Virus record (IMG/VR): IMGVR_UViG_3300026076_000001
Reading direction: 5' to 3' (one strand)
Length of the DNA: 64,000 bases
Source of the DNA: a virus
Shown here: positions 54,101-61,200 of the stretch, in pieces
Layout: each line of letters opens with the position of its first letter
Position numbering within the stretch: position 1 is the stretch's first letter
Program-made: the position numbers and the translations under genes
The notes under the pieces: model-generated
What the model saw: the letters and a program-made list of their open reading frames with translations, nothing else
The model's database searches: none
What the model was told of the DNA's origin: nothing

Positions 54101-56360
54101 AGTGACTAATACGTCCATTAACTGCAATTACAGCAGACTTCTCGCTATTGTCTGCATCGTATATTTCTTCTCCTTCTACAAACTCTCCAACAACGTTGGA
54201 TATCATAAGAATATTACCGTGAGATAAAGTAGCATTCTCAGGATCATTTTGTCCTACAGAAAGACCACCTTCCACAACAGCAGTAGAACCACTAATAGAA
54301 CCAATGATGTTACCACCAGTTTCAAAAGCGTGATTTCCTGTTAATTTAAGTTTAGTGAATAGGATTGGGTTTGTGTATGACAAATCAAAAGTACAATCCT
54401 GTTGACTTGCAGAAGCTACAACATTCTTTGTTTTATCAAATCCATTTGGTTTAGACCTAAACTTAAAGTCTCTTGCCATAGTACGACCAATGATAGGTGT
54501 CATTGGCAATGTATAGTCAAGGATCATTCCGTAGTAAGTACTACCAGTATTATTACCATATAATGTAATACCATTCTGAGATCCACCACCAGCAGAACCT
54601 AACTTAATAGGACCTTGTGATTGATAAGAAGTATGAATACTTGTCAGTGTCGAAATAGGTGCTCTAAGAATAAATTCTTGAATAACGTGAGTTGGATTAC
54701 CACCACTATTCTCATTCATTCCACCAACAGCTACATCACCAGCCCAAGCAAGATTACCATCAGTATCCTTGTTGTACATTAAATTGGCACGTGCAGCTAT
54801 GACATCAACTGGGTCATATGAAGCACCATTATAATGATAAAGAGTTTTCTTATTACCGTTAATTAGTTCAGAGAATACTAAGTCAGATACAGAACTAAGA
54901 TCAATAAGATCTCCATTAGAAGGAGGTGCACCAGCATAAAGCCATACTGACATTATAGCTTCATCATTGGTGTAGATAGTTCCTCTTAGATCATCTACAG
55001 AATATACGTTATTAGTACCATTACCAACACCATTAACACCTAAGAAGGAATCAATAAACTTACGATAAAGATCTACCTTCTTAAAAGGAGTTGATTCACC
55101 ATCAGAAGTAGTGCTAATAGGTGCAGAACCTGCAACTCCACGGAGAGGAATACGTGATAAGCTAGACGCATATAGTCTAGTAGTATCACGATTTTGTGTT
55201 GCTTTTGCTTTATCTAAATCTACGTACTTAGGATCTGTATTCTCTACTTCATAACCACGAATATATGCTTTACCTGGACCTACACTCAATACTAGTTTAT
55301 TAGTAGCATCAGCAGTAGTATGTCCATTAACTAGACCTTCATCATCTGCCTTATAGAAACCAGTACCATCTGCTTTGTAATATTCCTTAACATCTGAAGT
55401 GAATGCCTTAACAACATAGTCTCCAGACTCATCATATGTTCTACGAGCTAGTATCTCTTCGATCTGACTAGGTGCAGTTTGCTTAATCTGCCTTTGGATC
55501 TTACCTTGCTGAAGGTATACTAACTGTACAAAATTCTTATTTGAAGGAGATTCGATTGCAAACTTCTCTAGTTCTAACTCAATCTTGAGTCTATGACCAC
55601 CAGGGGCAGAGAAATTAGAATATCCTTGTGCATTATCCTTAAGGGATATATCATCCTCAGGAGTAACAATAGTCTCTGTGATAGACCAACCAACTTTATA
55701 TGAAGTGTTAGTGCTATACTTACTCAAAATCAACGTCTGGGCATCGTTCTGAACGAAATGACCATTGATAAAGTAAATACCTTTTTGGACGTTTACAGCA
55801 GATCCATAACCCATTGCAGCACTGTCTGAGGGTTTGATGCCATCAGAACCTACTACCAATGTAGGATCATCATCTGTAGTTGGATTCTCTAGCTTAAGAG
55901 ACTCACCTTGACGGAACTTAACATCGATATTATCAGCACCTGAACTGATATACTTAACAAAAATAGTGTCAGCATCCAATGTAGTTTCAAAAGCATAGTT
56001 ATCAACATATGCTTTAACACCAGAAGTCTGACCGACCATTACCTTGCCGACCAGTTGCGAAATATTATATTTGACGAAATTAATTACACCGTCAACACTT
56101 TGAGCAACTTGAGAGACGCTACTTAACTTAACATATTCATAAGTGTCTGTATATGACACTTCACCAGGGATCACCATCTGTCCCTGTTTAAACATACTAT
56201 TACCAACCGACTCCAACTGGTTCTGCAACATTGATTGCAGTTGAGTCAGTTCTCTTGCTTGGATTGAATATCCTGGTCTAAAAAGTATCCTGTAGAAATT
56301 CTTCCCCGCATCAAAGTCGTCGAAGTACGGGGTTCTATTCAGATTAGTATTTTGTGGCAT
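48102..56360 (-). CDS. VrlC-like giant virion structural protein (DUF4815-type)
   Basis: N-terminal PYFDDFD...FYRILFRPG..IQARELTQLQS; RFKSGFVVDNF; DPLAQTF; follows gp8. Confidence 0.85.
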   Translation of the reverse strand: MPQNTNLNRTPYFDDFDAGKNFYRILFRPGYSIQARELTQLQSMLQNQLESVGNSMFKQGQMVIPGEVSYTDTYEYVKLSSVSQVAQSVDGVINFVKYNISQLVGKVMVGQTSGVKAYVDNYAFETTLDADTIFVKYISSGADNIDVKFRQGESLKLENPTTDDDPTLVVGSDGIKPSDSAAMGYGSAVNVQKGIYFINGHFVQNDAQTLILSKYSTNTSYKVGWSITETIVTPEDDISLKDNAQGYSNFSAPGGHRLKIELELEKFAIESPSNKNFVQLVYLQQGKIQRQIKQTAPSQIEEILARRTYDESGDYVVKAFTSDVKEYYKADGTGFYKADDEGLVNGHTTADATNKLVLSVGPGKAYIRGYEVENTDPKYVDLDKAKATQNRDTTRLYASSLSRIPLRGVAGSAPISTTSDGESTPFKKVDLYRKFIDSFLGVNGVGNGTNNVYSVDDLRGTIYTNDEAIMSVWLYAGAPPSNGDLIDLSSVSDLVFSELINGNKKTLYHYNGASYDPVDVIAARANLMYNKDTDGNLAWAGDVAVGGMNENSGGNPTHVIQEFILRAPISTLTSIHTSYQSQGPIKLGSAGGGSQNGITLYGNNTGSTYYGMILDYTLPMTPIIGRTMARDFKFRSKPNGFDKTKNVVASASQQDCTFDLSYTNPILFTKLKLTGNHAFETGGNIIGSISGSTAVVEGGLSVGQNDPENATLSHGNILMISNVVGEFVEGEEIYDADNSEKSAVIAVNGRISHFIVPYGGENYGPSNNLELKVGDRQYLSNYIVCSRNIGANGINGQSDYIRNVRFTELGRREIIDTFAVPPMLEVVDTGGTHSAVDENAYVRAVLYTDVIQNFGIEDIRSLGMEHGATSKKFTGDIQYGEPDSTDLKTISNNLQYSGKEDTDYVEATNYSARPGDELVEDDLIQITVDGVTYKYEVYRACNPSTDRPGRIYLKQRLIKGFSSNTITRVRAKIENSGKSTLLLPLANSKIAGTIKSDDDSGITYYSRKQFIEPVTIDGTNNTVSIAAQLDYGQQQFVPFSQGDYVIEVYESGTDTIRYGSLTGDVVQDGDLLYIDSSMVSVTSGSSTNNAGSLVITLPENYFVQSGNLQLTGMKLKMNATIETTKAKPKLKTATKNKRISLTADLDNTIIPLRGDDYDNPTGQVKSFSDVYNLRYVYEGTPGIAPTVDEDGNILGNTGTNITDFFLFDDGQRDNLYDTATIIRKPGVRVPTGTLVIGFDYFKHSEGDFFTVDSYLHENGVPYESIPTVTSLVHGKKSLADVIDFRPLVGTSASIPGYVNASVMDTGSNVSEVYTAGGVTAALPADTKTSIGTPFTFSCSYNYYVDRIDTVYLKKDGTFAVKKGAGSTNPQSSVSLDEAIKVFKIYIPAFTDNLKKVKIFPVENKRFTMRDIHKLEKKVERLERYTMLSVLEQGALNTQIKDGQTGMDRFKSGFVVDNFESYSLSHINSVDYKAALDLTRGTLRPESKETTVSLVEQDKSSTARTLSNYVVNHGVVTLPFTEKVLCQNIFATNTTVVNPFLIFNYKGTVEISPNVDPWFDEHALPSINNNDNQTLDPLEIYDDGENALSQIHNVTQLAVTGNSTEFSNVNSLSSDAPDLPESEVVLASSGSSSNIAAQNTEVPLQQSSTTVGEQTISTAITLYVKEQYIEFHLKRMKPNTRIYPFIDGLDVSDYLVPDRNYSGMPGSSLRNWGDTLVTDDTGAATGVILMPSGRKPTKGTQYEDDIDAITWDETAPGLRFPLGDKKIKFTSSNTNASTAESHAVVTFKAAATSEPTPNDIIALEDVDSADKVDGTQYTENILNPDVSVSDPLAQTFRVESFDGGVFVSSIDMYFSVKDPTLPITVKLTDTISGRPTKNILPGSVSVMESNTYIRAITSGSHTLIHNEIVEGDTSNAQGPLIGVLDSQNQPVPVVNDTYTLGTSQVYTLILGDHNKEDFIAGEPLVLTSLTVANNSRSGDDIVKMQIVLDSGYVSEIVVDDMGDGYAGSTTVTIESPQLPGGVTATAVPQITDQKVYEIQPTLGGSEYTTAPSVLIVSASATQLSSAKAVLKITKPAVRMGVATSDKALIPTKFQFQYPIYLENDREYAVVVESNSTLYQTFISRLGETEINSNSTVTTQPLLGSLFKSQNSNLWTENQYEDLKFDLYMAQFDTTHSGVINLVNMDQGYEPLQSNPIETNALGANTTSSPLFAANNKVVKVLHKNHGLNAGSYVALKDASSVGGFSTTALNRQIFSVLSAGLDFYTVGMSTVAGGSAIGGGLKVKGLGQTKYEKALLKVDSLDFPTTTLETAVTSTLVKPIDSAVTTVDYTPDSALPVILNKEYYFPTQRVVASKLNEKLFSSRLNSQKSFILTATLSTSNPNLSPILSLKNPKAILTSNRIESASGSEERYGRKIQEVELHKTVMLRLQDSAGSPIPLGTTANIVVSNGIGETIKGLTSGTRAILSYWDNSSTPGELYVRITEGDGFVLGESIEFGGSSPYNADLNGSSGSTGAASGNLSLTRPITITGSLPLAQLNIASGIKLANSDDSKTGTVTRWNAENFRLTFTSNDSSFDESDLMGSGAVSDGLYEGGVSIINESFKVPVSIKQVYVSNGYLFTPDRLKNSSNVATYVTKEISIDNPGNSINVVLSAALQEIDDVTVMYKTKRSSQQIFFKDINWSYFNKTGVSDVEVTPSSGTNFSPTTESQSDFKEYNYTITGLKEFSSFAIKIVMKSRNPALPPRIRDLRAIATF

Positions 56361-56377
56361 CTCTTAAGACTCTTTAA

Positions 56378-58195
56378 TTAGAACTCTACGACGAGTTTGA
56401 TATCTTCAATCTGGTCAGAAGCACGAGAGATAGCACGACGGTTCTCAATGTAAATGATATCGCCTGAGTTCTTCGCAATTTCAGCGTTAGCTACGCCACT
56501 TGCGAATACAACACCACCATCTGTCTGTCCACCAGGAGTATTATATGTACTATTTACCGTAGCAGTAGAAAGTGATCCTGCACCAGAGATAGCGTCAGAT
56601 CCGTTACTGAATGGGTAAACAACACCGTTGTGGGTGTGACGATCAGGAGACTGGAAGTACTTAACGATGTTGTATGTTACACCATCTACAGTTCCTTTCC
56701 AAGAAACAACTGTTCCCTTAGCAGTTACAGATGAACCACCAGAGGTATATGTCTGTGAAATTTCCTCGTCAACAAAGAAATCTCCAGAAGGACTTTGTAC
56801 CTTGAGTGCACCAGTTGCACTTAGATTGTCAGCAGTAGCAAAGTCTGTAGTACCGTAGTTGTATGGGTCACGAAGTAGACCAATACGACGGAAGTCATTA
56901 TCTGTTGGGAAGTCACCTTCTCCTTCATCATATGTTAAACGAGTGTTAATCATAACTCGCTTACCACCCAACTCTTCAACTGGGTCAGCACCGTGTCCAC
57001 CCTGAGGAGGAATAACAACCTCTAGAGCACCACCAGTTGCGTCACTGTTAGCGTCAATGTTAGAAGGTGTTGTCAATCCAGTGTCACTGTATACATCACC
57101 TAGGTTAAGAGATGCGTATGTATATCCAGTACCAGCTGCCTGTACACTTGCTTCAGCAATAGCACCAGAATCAACTACTAGTTTAGCGATTCCAGCAGAA
57201 CCATCACCCTTAATTGGAGTGTAGTAAGTACCAGCATCATAGTTAGTACCAGAGTCTGTAATTAGGATAGTATCAATTGCACCATCTACAGCAGCAGAAG
57301 TAACAGCAGTTTCTTCAATAATTGGAAGGAAGTCAGTTGACAAGAACTTCAATACGCTGTCAGTAGGGATGGTGTACATATACTTCCAAATATATGGACG
57401 CTTACCATCAGTTCTGAATCCTGGGTTACCAGCATCTTCTGGTTCGATGAAGATACCAGAGATAGATTGAACCTTAGTAGGTTCTGTAACTGATACTACA
57501 CCGTTAGGATCAGTAGGAGTTTGACCGTTATATACACACTTAAAGACCTCATAGCTGCTATTCATCACATAGAATGTGGAAGCAAACAATGAGGTAGAAC
57601 CAGTCGCAGTAGTCTTAGCACTAGAATAATCGGGCTTGTACATATCGTACACTGTGTTAGCACCGAAGTTATAACGCTTAACCACGAATGTTAAATCGTC
57701 TTTCTTAACCCTTTTAAGTGAGATCATATCATCGTAGATCTCAAACTTCTCTTCCTGAGAGTCAAATGGTTGTGTAGGAACGTTCTCGGATCCAGTCCTC
57801 CACACACCAGCCTTAGCAGTAGCACCACTACCATTACCAGTTACGGTAGTACCAGGAACGAAGTTAGAGTTCTGACCCTGTGTACCATTGACACCAGAGA
57901 GTAGAACAGAATTTGGGAATACTTTTTCGACTGTACCATATACAGAAGCACCACCAGGATATGACGTACCTTGATAAACAATCTCTCCCACTTGGAAAGT
58001 ATTGTTAATAGCATAAAGCTCTAGGTATGCACGCCACTCTTGCGGTCTTCCGATAAAGAAGTAGAGTCTTGTACGTTGGGTACCTGCCTCAGCCGCTGAT
58101 TCCTCAGCTGGTGTGGAGGTTGTTGGTTCAGATAATGCCTCGACGAACTGTTGGGCATTATGTATCCTGAACAGATCAGTGATAATAGCAGACAT
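56378..58195 (-). CDS. gp8: baseplate wedge subunit
   Basis: MSAIITDLFRIHNAQQF, FYVMNSSYEVFKC, WKYMYTI, PQGGHG, FRRIGL, YIENR..ISRASDQIEDIKLVVEF. Confidence 0.92.
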   Translation of the reverse strand: MSAIITDLFRIHNAQQFVEALSEPTTSTPAEESAAEAGTQRTRLYFFIGRPQEWRAYLELYAINNTFQVGEIVYQGTSYPGGASVYGTVEKVFPNSVLLSGVNGTQGQNSNFVPGTTVTGNGSGATAKAGVWRTGSENVPTQPFDSQEEKFEIYDDMISLKRVKKDDLTFVVKRYNFGANTVYDMYKPDYSSAKTTATGSTSLFASTFYVMNSSYEVFKCVYNGQTPTDPNGVVSVTEPTKVQSISGIFIEPEDAGNPGFRTDGKRPYIWKYMYTIPTDSVLKFLSTDFLPIIEETAVTSAAVDGAIDTILITDSGTNYDAGTYYTPIKGDGSAGIAKLVVDSGAIAEASVQAAGTGYTYASLNLGDVYSDTGLTTPSNIDANSDATGGALEVVIPPQGGHGADPVEELGGKRVMINTRLTYDEGEGDFPTDNDFRRIGLLRDPYNYGTTDFATADNLSATGALKVQSPSGDFFVDEEISQTYTSGGSSVTAKGTVVSWKGTVDGVTYNIVKYFQSPDRHTHNGVVYPFSNGSDAISGAGSLSTATVNSTYNTPGGQTDGGVVFASGVANAEIAKNSGDIIYIENRRAISRASDQIEDIKLVVEF

Positions 58196-58233
58196 TGTTT
58201 TCTAAAAAGGTTTCTGAGACTGGATCCGAAAGT

Positions 58234-58247
58234 TATTTATATTTATA
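58234..58247 (-). promoter_or_regulatory. tandem late promoters TATAAATA (gp8/VrlC-like)
   Basis: Two overlapping TATAAATA boxes at 58234-41 and 58240-47. Confidence 0.8.
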
Positions 58248-61200
58248 GATCTAAATCTGCGGTGATTATATAGTCACCTGCGACATAGGAGTCAGTATTG
58301 GTATCGTTGAACCACATTAAACGGACACCATATTGATCTGATGTCATATTTGTCGAGTCAGCCATATAGATACGGATTATCGTTGTGGCAGTTTGAGCAT
58401 TGACTGGAATATTTTGAGTAATTGTATTCCAATTAGTGTAATTCGCTTGACTGTAGGTCACTACTGACCCAATATCAAAGAATGTAGTTCCACCATCAAT
58501 ACTGTAACTCAGCATTAAATCGTTAACTGCGGAGCCTGGGGCATTACCACCATTGCTTCCGTCACCACGAATCGCACTAAATGTTACCGTATTGTATGTA
58601 GTCAAGTCAGTAGGAGCAAATGTTGCGGATCTAGCTCCACCTGCACCTGAGAATAAAAGATAATTTATGTTGGAATCAAAAACTGTTCCACCAGATACGA
58701 CTGATGCTCCTACGTTAGTAGTATTAAAGTCGTAAGCACTAAATCCTTTTTCGACTACACCTAAAGGATTAACACGTACACAACCAACAAACCTGTCAGG
58801 GAATGCTTGTGTATATGTCATTTTTTCTACCTTGGTTTGATCTGCTGCACTTCCGATAATGAAGCTACCTCCATTTGCGGGGAATCCAGCAGTAGAATCC
58901 ACAAGAATAGTATCTGCACCATTCGGATTATCTAATGCAGAATATGTAAGTTTGGTACCGAAATGTACCTCAGATCCTTGCATATACACAAAGTTATTTG
59001 TGTCACCAGGATCATTAACTTGAGAATTATAAACTTCGGGATTATCGAAATCTTCAATCGTCAAGTTAGGATACTTCTCAGACCACCATCCTATATTCAT
59101 ATCTCCCATAATGTATTGTATTGTCCTACCCATACCATCAGTGTAGTATCCATTGTTATTGGTTGTACTCTGTGGTTGGATTTCAAACTTGAAGCTCTGT
59201 AGGTAATTCAAATGAGGACCAAGGTTACCAGGACTGAATGTCTCCTTAACACCCTTCATTTGAGGGTTGGTACCTGCTTGTTTCTCAACACAACCTGACT
59301 GAGCAGTTAGTTTTGTCTCTGTATGCCTGAACTTAGTAATAGCAACTGAGACACCCTGAACACCACCTGTGCATTGTGTATTAGTGACGTTAGTCTTAAG
59401 ATATTGAACTCTTGTTTGTTCAGGTTTAAGTTCAACAAATATTTGTGGTTGAGGTTTAGTAGCAAGATCTTGTAGATCAATAATCTTCCTAATATGAATT
59501 ATAGGATCATATGATCTGTTAATAAGATATGCACTACTACCAGCATTACCAAATACTATAGAGACACCATAAGGAACAACAGCAGCCCATTGTGCCCAAG
59601 TTCTTTGTGCACCACCCTTCTTAATGGTAGTGAGGTAAGATCTCATTAATGAAGCTGCATTAATACCTACTGGTTCAATACCAAATGTAGTAAGATTCTG
59701 GATGTCAAGAGGGTTCTTACGGATAACGAAATAACCTCTAGTAAACAGGATCTGAGGAGGAACCTTATATCCTGAACCAGCAGAGATAATTTCAGTATCT
59801 GCTATTTCACCTCTAACAGCAACAGCATTAGCACGTGCACCACCGCCAGCAGGTGCTCCAACTGGATCACCATTTGAATCAACCTCAGGCTGACTACGGA
59901 AGATCATTACTGGTGGTTCACGATAGTTCTTAGAAATCTGATCCTGTAAATCATCAGAATATAGAGAAGAACTAAAGTCATATTCTTGTGATATATTGTT
60001 AGCACTAGCATTTTGCTGAACAAATGCAGCACCCAAATTAGCTACACCTTTGTTCAATACATTATCTGTTCTCCAAGCAGCGATGTTATCGAAGTAAGTA
60101 GAGTTGTCTCTCTTAGAAAGTACGATACTATTAACACCACCTGGTTTGAGGTATTGAAGACCAACACATTCTGTACCAGCTACATTATTGATATAAACCT
60201 TTTCGCCAGGACGGAAGTTAGCAGCTACTGGATCAGTATTACCAGCACCATCAAGATATAAACTGAATAGTTCTAAAGTCTTTCTAGCTGGGATGTAGTT
60301 CTTAACTGTACCTTGCCATACTATGCCAGAATTAATATCATTCTGATCATTGTACTGACATACGACATCGTTAGGTAGGAATTCTACACCAGCTTGTCTA
60401 CTAGATGTAAGTGAGTGATATCTCAACTCAGCATCAATACGTGCAACTGCCTGTGCACCATCTCCTTCAATCTGACCAGAGTAAGCACCAACGTTGATAA
60501 CAACTTCATACTCATAAGATCTGAAGAATGATCCAACTGTTGTATCACTATCATAACCAGAAGTTACAAGTGCTTCTCTAGCAGCACGGATGATAGAACG
60601 AGTACCAGCCTCACCATCGATCTGAATAAAGTCACCAGTCTTAAGTGTAGAAGGTATTCTATCCTGTCTATTAAATAATTTTTCTCTTAAGTCAGCATTA
60701 GTAGTCTCTTCAACTGCCTGAACTGTCACATCAAGTAATGATGCACTAGCTCCTCTGTCTCTGGTTATACTTAAAGTACCATTCAACCAGTTAACTTTCT
60801 GTGCAGTAACACCCTCAACGAATAGAAGGTTTCTAGCACCAGGTGCCCAGTTCTGCTTATAGATTCTACCTCTTGCATATGAGTACTCATAAGTATGAGT
60901 GCCACCATTAGGATCAGTAGAGATCCAGCAATCTGCACCTTCTAAAGGAAGAACGATTTGCTGGTCTACAGTTAATCTGAAGAACTTCTTAAAGGTACCA
61001 GGAGGTTCAATATTGAATCCTAAAAGAACACGTTCTGGATCTAAACCATAGAAGTATAGGATAAAGCAAGCAGATCCTTCTGTAGGTGCTTCTTGGAATA
61101 CGATAATATTATCTTCAATTCTATATGCTAATCTGTTCTGCTGGATAACACCGTTGAGTATAACTACAACGTTTTGACTTCTTTCTGCATAGAAAGGAAC

